Translations under genes and position numbers: made by a program | The notes under the pieces: model-generated | Databases searched by the model: none | The model's input: the letters and a program-made list of their open reading frames with translations, nothing else | What the model was told of the DNA's origin: nothing | Assembly (NCBI GenBank): GCA_958421325.1 | Contig: CATZLO010000002.1 | Span: 529-64,528 of the forward strand | Reading direction: 5' to 3' | Length of the DNA stretch: 64,000 bases | DNA from: an uncultured Bacilli bacterium | GTDB taxonomy: Bacteria; Bacillota_I; Bacilli_A; RF39; UBA660 | Shown here: piece after piece, positions 9,440-18,351 of the stretch | Layout of the letters: the number at the start of each line of letters is the position of its first letter | Position numbering within the stretch: position 1 is the first letter of the stretch

Positions 9440-11149
9440 TTAAACAATAGTAATTATATTCTTCTGTGAACTTTCTTCATAATAACTATTAAAATTTCCA
9501 ACATCTAATAACCATAAACCAAAAACTTTTGATTTTTCAATGCAACTCTTAGGGTTAACTTTAATAATTTTAAACAACCACGGATTAACAAAATAGTCTT
9601 CTTCTTCTAAATAATCAACAACATCAAAGTCATACTTTTCTTGCAGTAATTCAATGTACTCTAAGGCATCTTTTTCATGTTTCATTTCTGCTATGCTTGC
9701 TTTATATACACCACTACCAACTATTTTATCTAACATATTACTATCTTCAAAATCTAATAGTTGTTTAACTTTATTTGATTTTAACTTCAAATCAGTTATT
9801 TCAATTTCGGTTATTTTGTTCCTTTTATTTTTAAGTTCCTTAATAACTACTGTATCAATGTAATTGTTAATAAACTCACATTTTGCCTCGTATGATGCCA
9901 TTTTCCATAACTCATTTAATTCTATGCTATCTAATAATTCCATTTTATCTTTAATGATTTTCTCATCAATAGCAAATCTTAATCTATGGTCTAATTTACA
10001 ATTATTAAATTTTTCTGCTGTTCTATTATCGGTTATATAATAATTATTTTTAATGATTGTACTAAGTTCTAATAAATTGTTTAATTCAGTAATTAAAGCA
10101 TTTTCTATAAGTTCTTCTCTAAGATAAATACCACAGTCCTTACACTTATAATAAAGATAATCATTTTTCATTTTATTTTTACAACCATTACAAGCAAGTA
10201 TTCGACCACAATGAGGACATACTAATCTTTGAATAAATAAGTAATTTTTAGACCGATAATAATTTCTACCATTTCTTGCTATCATTTCTTGGCAGTCATT
10301 ATATAATTCTTTACTTATTATTGCTGGAACAACTCCTATTATCTCCATAGTATCTTTATTTTTTACACTTTTACGATACTCATATACTCCCATATAAGAT
10401 TTATTATTTAATATCGTAGAAATAGAACTATCATTCCATTTTCTATAAATTATTTTTTCTTCGTTTGTTTCTTTATTTCTTCTAATACTTGATATTACTT
10501 TTGGATACTTTTCTTTTAATATCTTAGATATTTGAAAGTAAGTTTTACCACTAGCACATAACTCAAATATTTCTTTTACTATTTCCGCCTCATCTTTATC
10601 AATTTCCCATTCTTTTAATTTATGTTTACCACTATCATCTAATTTATGTTTATAGCCAAGTGGTGGCTTTCCTCCAATATGACCTTTATTAACTGCACTT
10701 TCAACACCTACTAATGTTCTTTCTTGTATCAGTTCTCTTTCAAACTGAGCAAATATTCCTAATATACGAGCAAACATCATACCTGCGGCACCAGTAGTAT
10801 CTATATTTTCACATAAGAACTCAATGCCACAATTATATTTTTTTAATTCTTTAAAAAATTCTTCAAAATCAATAATGCTACGACTTATTCTATCCATTTT
10901 AAAAGCCATTATCAAATTAAACTTACCTTTCTTCATATCCTTTAACATTTGCTGATAGGCAGGTCTGTTTTCAGCAGACTTGCCACTTATACCAGCATCA
11001 GTATATACTTTATATACTACATAATCATTAGACACACACCTTGCTTTTAATCTTTTTTCTTGCTCCTCTAAACTATGCCCTTCACGGGCTTGGTCTGTTG
11101 TGCTAACCCTAGTATAGATAGCAACTATTTTTTTATTTCCATTGTTCAT
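9440..11149 (-). CDS. Large serine recombinase (integrase of the left integrative element)
   Basis: N-terminal resolvase catalytic domain (VAIYTRVSTTDQ, MDRISRS), recombinase domain, zinc ribbon CPHCG..CKDCG, long coiled-coil C-terminus. 569 aa. Confidence 0.9.
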   Translation of the reverse strand: MNNGNKKIVAIYTRVSTTDQAREGHSLEEQEKRLKARCVSNDYVVYKVYTDAGISGKSAENRPAYQQMLKDMKKGKFNLIMAFKMDRISRSIIDFEEFFKELKKYNCGIEFLCENIDTTGAAGMMFARILGIFAQFERELIQERTLVGVESAVNKGHIGGKPPLGYKHKLDDSGKHKLKEWEIDKDEAEIVKEIFELCASGKTYFQISKILKEKYPKVISSIRRNKETNEEKIIYRKWNDSSISTILNNKSYMGVYEYRKSVKNKDTMEIIGVVPAIISKELYNDCQEMIARNGRNYYRSKNYLFIQRLVCPHCGRILACNGCKNKMKNDYLYYKCKDCGIYLREELIENALITELNNLLELSTIIKNNYYITDNRTAEKFNNCKLDHRLRFAIDEKIIKDKMELLDSIELNELWKMASYEAKCEFINNYIDTVVIKELKNKRNKITEIEITDLKLKSNKVKQLLDFEDSNMLDKIVGSGVYKASIAEMKHEKDALEYIELLQEKYDFDVVDYLEEEDYFVNPWLFKIIKVNPKSCIEKSKVFGLWLLDVGNFNSYYEESSQKNIITIV

Positions 11150-11834
11150 TTTTCTTTGCCTCTCTTTCTACTATATCGCTATATGTGTCAAATAGTTTTC
11201 GAGGTTTAACCTCTATTTTTGCTTTTTCTTGTTCACTCATTTTTATTCTCCCAAAACCTACAATTTCTTTCATAATTACAAAAACATCTCTACAAGTCCC
11301 CAAACAATTCCCATTATCGTCAAAAATAGGATTTTCTTCAAACCGAGATGTATCTTCTCCTAATAAATTTACCCAATTATATGGTGTTGTCGATTTAGGG
11401 TTTTTAACTTCAAATATGTTGAATTTAGGATAACATTTTGCTTTTCCCTTTTTTTCTTTTTTAATATTGTCATTTCTCTCTCTTTTAATTAGTGGTTTAA
11501 TGACTGGGGCATAAATATAAGAACTTTCTAATTGTAATTCATAATTATATTTATATAGTTCACCAATCAACTTATATAAATCTTCATCATTTTTTGCTAA
11601 TGTTTCCAAATTATACGAAAGTACAATATTAAATACTTTTGTTTTAATATCTTCAATCATTTTATTAAATTGTGGTTTTTTAACATTATCAGTATCAATA
11701 TATTCCTTAACTATATCTAAACCAAAATGCTTACAATATTTTTTTAAACGTTTTATTTGTTCATCTAAGGGTATTTCAACTTTAGAAGGTTTGCTACAAT
11801 ATATAGCAACCTCGTTTTTTACTAATATATTCAT
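11133..11834 (-). CDS. Resolvase-fold-like protein lacking catalytic residues, translationally coupled to the large serine recombinase
   Basis: N-terminus aligns by eye to the resolvase domain (VAIYCSKPS.. vs vaiYxRvSt; LETLAKNDEDL vs lDRlsR). The Arg/Ser/Asp-Arg positions are substituted. 17-nt overlap with the downstream LSR gene. Confidence 0.45.
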   Translation of the reverse strand: MNILVKNEVAIYCSKPSKVEIPLDEQIKRLKKYCKHFGLDIVKEYIDTDNVKKPQFNKMIEDIKTKVFNIVLSYNLETLAKNDEDLYKLIGELYKYNYELQLESSYIYAPVIKPLIKRERNDNIKKEKKGKAKCYPKFNIFEVKNPKSTTPYNWVNLLGEDTSRFEENPIFDDNGNCLGTCRDVFVIMKEIVGFGRIKMSEQEKAKIEVKPRKLFDTYSDIVEREAKKNEQWK

Positions 11835-11946
11835 TATTAGTCCTCCTTACATAATTTAATTTACTAGGAGGTTTTCTAAAACTATTCCAATTTAATTATA
11901 CTTATCATATAATATAAATAGGGAATTAGAAAACCCTACAACTTAT

Positions 11947-11986
11947 TATGAGGTTAGTACCTCGCTAAAGTTACTTTAACCTCATA
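11947..11986. other. Perfect 10-bp stem / 20-nt loop hairpin without flanking T-run (candidate recombination or replication site)
   Basis: TATGAGGTTA (11947-11956) pairs with TAACCTCATA (11977-11986). Not followed by a U-run on either strand. Confidence 0.4.
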
Positions 11987-12223
11987 TATCTTCAAGCATT
12001 ACTTTATGTAGTGCTTTTTATGTGCTGTCATTTATCACATTACCACCTACCTTTATTGAATAATAATTATAGTAGAATTTTACAAATAAACCAATCTACT
12101 ACTTACTAAGGGCAAAAATTTTTCCCTTGCACTTACATTATACTTAATTTGGTAGTATAATAATATATATCAATCGAACGCAATTTGTTAAATATTAGTT
12201 CGGTATATACGGGTGATAATATG

Positions 12224-13243
12224 AAATTGACTTATAGCGAAATATATGGAAAAGACACAAAAGGTAATGGCTATTGTTTACCTACATTAGAACTTTACTA
12301 TACTTATGAGGAAAGAAAACTGATACCTAAATCAAAATACTTAATAGAAGAAAAAGAAGAGGATAGTAATTTATATACTGCATATATACCTTTCTTTAGT
12401 ACATTTTTTGATGGGCTAAAGGAGGAAACCATATCAAAGTTAAAAAGTATATTTGATTTTACAAAAAAATATAACCGTAAAGATTACATTAGCAAAGAAA
12501 TATGGAAACCATTTTTATTTACATCTAATATTGCAATAGGAAACATCCAAAAAACTTACAATACCCACCTAGAAAAAGTAGAAAAACCTAATTCAAGACG
12601 ACCTCTATATAAAAAATATAACCGTAAAAGTGCTAATCAATTAGAAGTGGAAAAATATTATAAGAGTAGAGTCAGTAAATATAATCAAGAAATTGGTACT
12701 ATTCAGCGTAGCATATATAACGAACTAACAAATCATTTTTTAAATAACGTAAAACCTTCATTAAAACAAAATTATATAATTCAAAAAACAAGAGATAAAG
12801 ATTTACCTATATTAAGTATAATGAAACAAGGAGTATATGGTGGAATAATGAATATAGAATTTACTTTTGATTTTAGAAACGAATTAGAACTACTTTATTC
12901 CTTTTTGGAGTGTATTTTCCAATCTGATTATAACTATAAGATTAAAAGGTGTAATAATAAAGAATGCTTGAATTTTTACATAACATTAGATACCAAAACT
13001 AAACATTGCCCTTATTGTTTATCAACTATTAAAAAACTTCAAAAGCAGAAATATGAGAATAAAGATTTAGTTAAAATTGAAAGAAGGGTCTATCAGTTAG
13101 TTAATGCTCCTAATAGAAGAAATGAAAAAAAAGAATACTTAGGTACTAAACGAAAAAAAAAGAGAAAATTAGTAAATGGTATTATTACCGAAAAAGAATA
13201 TATTGATTGGCTTTTATCCTATTATAGAACTAAATATAACTAA
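12224..13243 (+). CDS. Hypothetical protein with C-terminal CxxC..CxxC zinc-ribbon-like motif and K/R-rich tail
   Basis: ATG 12224 inside track ORF 12185. Contains CNNKEC..HCPYC. No family recognised. Confidence 0.45.
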   Translation, partial: KLTYSEIYGKDTKGNGYCLPTLELYYTYEERKLIPKSKYLIEEKEEDSNLYTAYIPFFSTFFDGLKEETISKLKSIFDFTKKYNRKDYISKEIWKPFLFTSNIAIGNIQKTYNTHLEKVEKPNSRRPLYKKYNRKSANQLEVEKYYKSRVSKYNQEIGTIQRSIYNELTNHFLNNVKPSLKQNYIIQKTRDKDLPILSIMKQGVYGGIMNIEFTFDFRNELELLYSFLECIFQSDYNYKIKRCNNKECLNFYITLDTKTKHCPYCLSTIKKLQKQKYENKDLVKIERRVYQLVNAPNRRNEKKEYLGTKRKKKRKLVNGIITEKEYIDWLLSYYRTKYN

Positions 13244-13833
13244 TATTTTTTTACCATGTTATAAAAAGTATTAGGCTTTAACCCTAATAACTCCATTGCT
13301 TCTTTACTTTTAATCTCTTTATTTTTCCAACGACTAACCACAACATCAAAATCTTGTGGTTTTTCTATTTTTGGTCTACCAAACTTAACCCCATTATTTT
13401 TAGCATTAGTAATACCTTCTTTTTGCCTTTGTTTTATAAAAGTTCTTTCTTGCTCAGCAACATAACTTAATATTTGTAATACTAAATCACTAATAAAAGT
13501 TCCAAGCAAATCTTTATTCTTCCTAGTATCTAATAAAGGCATATCAATAACGACTATATCTGCCTTAATATTTTTAGTAATATCTTTCCACTCATCAATT
13601 ATTTGGTTATAATTTCTACCAAGTCTATCAATAGACTTAATAACCAACAAATCATTTTCCCTTAATATATGTTTTAATGTAATGTAATTTTCTCTATTAA
13701 AATCTTTACCACTTTGTTTATCGATATAAATATCTCTTTCATCAATACCATATTCTTTAAATGCTACTAATTGTCTTTCTTCGTTTTGCTCTTTGCTACT
13801 AACTCTAGCGTAGCCAAATATTTTACTTTTCAT
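13240..13833 (-). CDS. Small serine recombinase (resolvase/invertase family)
   Basis: IFGYARVSSKEQ catalytic serine block, IDRLGRN, C-terminal HTH. 197 aa. Confidence 0.85.
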   Translation of the reverse strand: MKSKIFGYARVSSKEQNEERQLVAFKEYGIDERDIYIDKQSGKDFNRENYITLKHILRENDLLVIKSIDRLGRNYNQIIDEWKDITKNIKADIVVIDMPLLDTRKNKDLLGTFISDLVLQILSYVAEQERTFIKQRQKEGITNAKNNGVKFGRPKIEKPQDFDVVVSRWKNKEIKSKEAMELLGLKPNTFYNMVKKY

Positions 13834-13839
13834 ATAAAC

Positions 13840-14070
13840 CTACCTCGCCAAATAATCGTTTGCTTCTTTTAAAACATTATCAATTATAGAATCGTTAACT
13901 AACTCATTATAATTAACCTTAATACATTTTCTTTGAAGCTCATCTATAAAATGTACTAATGCAATAGTATAAGGAAAGTAATGCTCATTTTCTTCTATGC
14001 CAGTTACTAAGGCATCTACATAACCATCACATATCCAGTCAACCAATTTTATTAAAATTGACTTATTCAC
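13840..14070 (-). CDS. Hypothetical small protein
   Basis: GTG 14070 lies 7 nt after AAGGAGGTG. The track ORF starts at 14091 inside the SD. Confidence 0.35.
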   Translation of the reverse strand: MNKSILIKLVDWICDGYVDALVTGIEENEHYFPYTIALVHFIDELQRKCIKVNYNELVNDSIIDNVLKEANDYLAR

Positions 14071-14195
14071 TTTATGACACCTCCTTACCATAAAATATAT
14101 AATATATGACTTTCAAAAAAGATACGAGCCGTTTTCTTTAAAAAAGTAGAAAAACTTTCCAAATATTTAAAAAGAATAGAAAAGACTTTTAACAA

Positions 14196-14233
14196 TACAA
14201 AAAAGACTTAAATTCTATTAAAATCTAAGTCTT
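14196..14233 (-). terminator. Rho-independent terminator after the HEPN gene
   Basis: AAGACTTA (14203-14210) / TAAGTCTT (14226-14233). On the minus strand it is followed by TTTTTTG. Confidence 0.6.
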
Positions 14234-14257
14234 TATAAACCTACACATTTTTAAATA

Positions 14258-15532
14258 TTATTTTAGATGTGTTATTAAATAATTCTCATCTACATTTATT
14301 CCTGCTAATGAATAAACCTCTAAATAAGCAACTGCCTTTATGAAATTTTTAACATCATACAACCATTGAATATCAATTTTTTTATATCTAATGGGATTAA
14401 AAGTTGGAATAGGTAATTCTTCTATATAATAACCATTATGTGAATAATAGTTTCTTAATGATCTAATTTCTTCTTCAATAATATTATTTTGTTGATTTTC
14501 AAAATATGTATCCTTAATCTTAGGGTATTTTTTTAATAATCCTATTAAAAAGTTAGTATTTTTTCCTTTATTCAACTTCTTTCTCATTTCAGTATCAGTA
14601 TATTCTAATACTCTATAATACTCTAAAAATTGTATTTCGGTTGAGGTAACCTTTCTATCAAAATTTAAAAAAGGAAAAAAACTATTACTGTTTTCATTTG
14701 TTATATTTAAAAATAAGTTAAACAATTTATCAAAATTAGTAATATTATTTTCTCTTTTGTCTAAATAAAAATTAGGTTGTTTTTCTTCCTTATCATTATT
14801 TTTAATATTATGGAATTCATAACTATTTTTTTTAGTATCATATATAGTCAATTCTTTACTCCTACCACTTGTAAGTAAAAATAGATGAATTACACTATCA
14901 ATTCTATTACTAATTTTTAAAACCGTATCTAAATCAACACTTTTTTGAAAAGCAATCTCTAAATATGCAGCTGGTTTGATATTAAGATTATATATGCTTC
15001 CACTATGACTATAACTGTTAATAAGTTTAATAATTATTTTATTATCTTTGTAAAAAGTACGAGAAATAATTTTTTCTTTTTGTTTTTTTGCTTCTATATT
15101 CATTTCATTTTCTTTCCTTTTAATAGTCATAGAAGCACTAGGGAATATATATTTAATATTATCATTATAATACACTATCTTTTTTATTTTAGTCTTATCT
15201 GTAAAGTGAGTAATAGGTGATAAAGCTTTATTTCCTACAATATACATTTGAGATGATATTATTGAATGAGGAATAGCATTAAAACTACTACTATTTATAC
15301 TACATCTATATAATGTTAGGGGATGATATGTACTATTTATCCCATAAAATATTTTTGTTTCTATCAACTTACCAAATTCGCTGTTATAAAAACCAAAAGT
15401 ACTAAATTTATCTATATCTTTTACTTTCAGTTCCAATCTATCTTCTTTTTTATTAACAATAACTAATTTTTGTTCTTCTTCATTTATTTCTTTAAAAGGA
15501 ACTAAATCTAAATAACCAAATTCATTATTCAT
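14258..15532 (-). CDS. ApeA-like HEPN-domain protein (candidate single-gene defence nuclease)
   Basis: C-terminal Rx4H motif (SLRNYYSHNGYY) preceded by FLEYYRVLEY helix. About 300-aa N-terminal domain. Architecture as recalled for ApeA. ATG 15532 follows GGTGG. Confidence 0.45.
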   Translation of the reverse strand: MNNEFGYLDLVPFKEINEEEQKLVIVNKKEDRLELKVKDIDKFSTFGFYNSEFGKLIETKIFYGINSTYHPLTLYRCSINSSSFNAIPHSIISSQMYIVGNKALSPITHFTDKTKIKKIVYYNDNIKYIFPSASMTIKRKENEMNIEAKKQKEKIISRTFYKDNKIIIKLINSYSHSGSIYNLNIKPAAYLEIAFQKSVDLDTVLKISNRIDSVIHLFLLTSGRSKELTIYDTKKNSYEFHNIKNNDKEEKQPNFYLDKRENNITNFDKLFNLFLNITNENSNSFFPFLNFDRKVTSTEIQFLEYYRVLEYTDTEMRKKLNKGKNTNFLIGLLKKYPKIKDTYFENQQNNIIEEEIRSLRNYYSHNGYYIEELPIPTFNPIRYKKIDIQWLYDVKNFIKAVAYLEVYSLAGINVDENYLITHLK

Positions 15533-15595
15533 AAATACCACCAAAAAATATTATACAATATTTTTATTATGTATCATAGGAATTTACGGTTTATT

Positions 15596-15685
15596 CCTCG
15601 CAAATTTCAATAAAAAAAGATAACTCAATATAATTTATACTAAATTACCTAAACGACCTTAAACTTACTAATATGCTGTTTTTTT
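15596..15685. repeat. Cassette-junction repeat copy R1 (AT-rich hairpin, T-run, TTGAAA)
   Basis: About 80 percent identical by eye to 16709-16800. Shared blocks TTTCAATAAAAAA, TAATATAATTTATACTAAA, CCTTAAACTTACTA. Confidence 0.6.
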
Positions 15686-15725
15686 ACTAACTATTCAATT
15701 TTTAAAACATATATTTTAAAACACA

Positions 15726-16670
15726 TTATTTTATAGCATTATAATAGTCATTGCATAATTGCAATAAATAGTCTTTTTTTACTATACTATCTAACCATTT
15801 GCTAGGTAAATTACCATAATATATTCCACTTAAACCGCCAACCAATGCTCCAATAGTATCACTATCATTTCCTAAATTGATGGCTTCAATGACACATTTA
15901 TCATAACTATTATTATTTATAAAACACCATATCACTGCCTCTAATGTATCAACAACAAAGCCCATACTACTAATACTATCTACATCTAATTTACTAATAT
16001 CGTTATTTAATAATTGGTCATAATATTTTATATTTTCCAAACTAAAATACTTTCTATAATTATATTTTCTTACATTACTATAAGCATTTTCTTTTTCCTT
16101 GCCACTTAATAACTCTATAACTAACAACACATATATAAAACAACCTAATATACTTATTTCATGGCTATGCGTAAGTGATGATATATCTTTTACTAAATTA
16201 TATATTTCATCATCATTTAATTTTTTATAATAACAATAGTAAACAATAGGTAATATTCGCATTAAACTACCATTACCATTATAATTAAAACCTTTCATAC
16301 CACATTCAGTTATCTTTTCATATCTTTTATTATGATAATTTCCTAAAGCAAAAAATGTTGCTCTGCCAATGCCGAATGCTTTATCTATGGCAATAAAATC
16401 TTTATTTGAAACCCATAAAATAAAATTATCCATAATACTTTCATAATTTATCTTGCCTTTATTATCTATAATTGATTTCATTGTAGCAATAACCATACTA
16501 CTATCATCAGACCAAACACCTTTTACACCAACTCTATCACTACTAATCATATCAATAACTTTATTATTTTTAAATAACTCTCTTTTTTTAAATTCTAATG
16601 GAACACCTAAGGCATCACCAATAATAAAACCTAATATTCCATTTTTCAATTTATTAAAATCACACATCAT
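15726..16670 (-). CDS. ADP-ribosylglycohydrolase family protein (DraG/ARH-like)
   Basis: Motifs GFIIGDALGVPLEF, WSDDSSM, GNGSLMRILP, LGNDSDTIGALVGGLSGIYYG. Confidence 0.85.
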   Translation of the reverse strand: MMCDFNKLKNGILGFIIGDALGVPLEFKKRELFKNNKVIDMISSDRVGVKGVWSDDSSMVIATMKSIIDNKGKINYESIMDNFILWVSNKDFIAIDKAFGIGRATFFALGNYHNKRYEKITECGMKGFNYNGNGSLMRILPIVYYCYYKKLNDDEIYNLVKDISSLTHSHEISILGCFIYVLLVIELLSGKEKENAYSNVRKYNYRKYFSLENIKYYDQLLNNDISKLDVDSISSMGFVVDTLEAVIWCFINNNSYDKCVIEAINLGNDSDTIGALVGGLSGIYYGNLPSKWLDSIVKKDYLLQLCNDYYNAIK

Positions 16671-16708
16671 TACCACCTAATTATATTATATATTAAATAC
16701 TTACTTAT

Positions 16709-16800
16709 TTCGCCTTTATTTCAATAAAAAAGAGTAACCTAATATAATTTATACTAAACTATATTAAATTACCTTAAACTTACTATAAATGCTAATTTTT
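16709..16800. repeat. Cassette-junction repeat copy R2
   Basis: Homologous to 15596-15685. Contains imperfect hairpin GTAACCTAATATA..TATATTAAATTAC, then a T-run and TTGAAA on the minus strand. Confidence 0.6.
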
Positions 16801-17626
16801 ACTTTATATACTCAACACCATCAATAATCAATGAGATAACATTTTTATTACTATCATATTTTATTTGGAACTCACTTCTTAACTTAGCACCAAAACTATT
16901 TTCACTATCTACATAGGCTTGCACTGTAACAATTCCATTATCTTTGCCAAACTTCCAATTATTTATATTAGGGAACTTTGCTGTACTTGGGGCCTTTAAT
17001 AATGACTTAATTCTTTCTTGGGCATCAATATTATACTCATTTTTCTCATCCCAACTGATTAAATAATCATTAAAATTCAACAATACCTTGCCATCTCTAT
17101 AAAAATCTTTATCTGCCCATCTTATACATATAATTTTATTATCACTACTAACATATAAAATTATATTATTATTTTGACTAAAACTGGCTTTAACTCTATA
17201 ACCTTTAGACCCAGCACCCTCATATTCATCTAATGCTTCATCTGCCTCTATACTATCAATTTCATCAATGCCAATGCTTTTAAAAATATTCTCCATTGCT
17301 ATTGCTTCTTCATTATTAACATTTAAACTACTTTTAATTTCTTTTACCATTTTTGAACTATTATCTACTGGCTCAACTTTTCCACCTGTCGCTATCATTG
17401 CAATTGCTACTACTAAAAATATTAAACCAACTGCACCACCAAATATAATAGCAAATATTTTACCAACACTTTTTTCTTTTGGCTTATCAACTTTTGGCTC
17501 CTTAATATTGCTTTCTTTCTTTACATATTTTTCTTTTTTACCCTTATTCTTAATAGCCTTAACTATAAAATAAATAGGCAATACTATAACCGCAACCCCT
17601 AACAACAAATAAAATAAATCTTCCAT
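16799..17626 (-). CDS. Hypothetical two-TM membrane protein with extracytoplasmic C-terminal domain
   Basis: Two hydrophobic helices separated by a K-rich linker. No family recognised. Confidence 0.45.
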   Translation of the reverse strand: MEDLFYLLLGVAVIVLPIYFIVKAIKNKGKKEKYVKKESNIKEPKVDKPKEKSVGKIFAIIFGGAVGLIFLVVAIAMIATGGKVEPVDNSSKMVKEIKSSLNVNNEEAIAMENIFKSIGIDEIDSIEADEALDEYEGAGSKGYRVKASFSQNNNIILYVSSDNKIICIRWADKDFYRDGKVLLNFNDYLISWDEKNEYNIDAQERIKSLLKAPSTAKFPNINNWKFGKDNGIVTVQAYVDSENSFGAKLRSEFQIKYDSNKNVISLIIDGVEYIK

Positions 17627-17757
17627 ATCTACACCTCACTATACATAATTATATATTATTTTAGCAAAATATACAATATCAATTATATAAATATAACTAA
17701 TATTGCTATCACTGATTTTTAATAATTCTAAAATTATATATAAAGGAGGGTAATCGC

Positions 17758-18090
17758 GTGGAGAATAATTTAAAACAAATTCGTAATAATAAAAATCTGT
17801 TGCAAACAAAAGTTGCTATGGATTTAAACATTACCCAAGAAGCTATATCTTCTTATGAAACTGGTAGGGTTTTCCCAAGTTCTGATATGTTAATTAAACT
17901 TGCTAACTACTACAATACATCTATTGACTACTTATTATGTCGAACTAAATATGATATGCCTATTGATGATGTTAAACCAAATAATATTTCCGATACTGAC
18001 TTTATCTTACTTAACAAAATCAACAAATTATCTACTACTAATAAAGCTAAAGTAGAGGGCTATATAGATGGTTTAAATGATAGTAAATAA
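17758..18090 (+). CDS. XRE-family helix-turn-helix transcriptional regulator
   Basis: LKQIRNNKNLLQTKVAMDLNITQEAISSYETGRVFPSSDMLIKLANYYNTSIDYLL. GTG start after AAAGGAGGG. Confidence 0.8.
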   Translation: MENNLKQIRNNKNLLQTKVAMDLNITQEAISSYETGRVFPSSDMLIKLANYYNTSIDYLLCRTKYDMPIDDVKPNNISDTDFILLNKINKLSTTNKAKVEGYIDGLNDSK

Positions 18091-18351
18091 TTATGCCACA
18101 GCCACATCTTCTGGCTTTGGCTTTTTTACTCCAATAAATTCTATTATTTCTATGTCTTTATATTTTTTAAGTAACTCCACATACTCTTTAACACTATTAC
18201 AATAAACAAATTTAACTTCTTCCTTATAAATTAAATCTAACCTTATAGGACTATCTTCTTTTATCCATACATAAATTTTTAAAATACCATTATTACCAAT
18301 GACTTTTTTTATTTTATCTAATTTATTTTCAATACTACTTAAACTAACCAT
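18091..18351 (-). CDS. Hypothetical small protein
   Basis: ATG 18351 overlaps the upstream gene's end by 8 nt. No motif recognised. Confidence 0.35.
   Translation of the reverse strand: MVSLSSIENKLDKIKKVIGNNGILKIYVWIKEDSPIRLDLIYKEEVKFVYCNSVKEYVELLKKYKDIEIIEFIGVKKPKPEDVAVA

Noticed and set aside
9275-9469. Plus-strand ORF 9275-9469.
   Set aside because: It spans the IS end and the junction region. It has no SD, and its sequence is better explained as att/terminator-like DNA.
11846-11872. dif-like sequence CTTACATAATTTAATTTACTAGGAGGT resembling the Firmicute dif arms (TTACATAA / CTAGGAAGT).
   Set aside because: The arms are separated by 7 nt rather than 6, and one arm has 2 mismatches. The segment overlaps the SD/5' UTR of the recombinase operon. 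AT-rich 8-mers match easily by chance.
15596-16800. Interpreting the repeated junction modules as integron attC sites.
   Set aside because: There is no IntI-type integrase or attI. The repeats lack the R''/L''-L'/R' architecture and read well as hairpin, T-run and -35 box.
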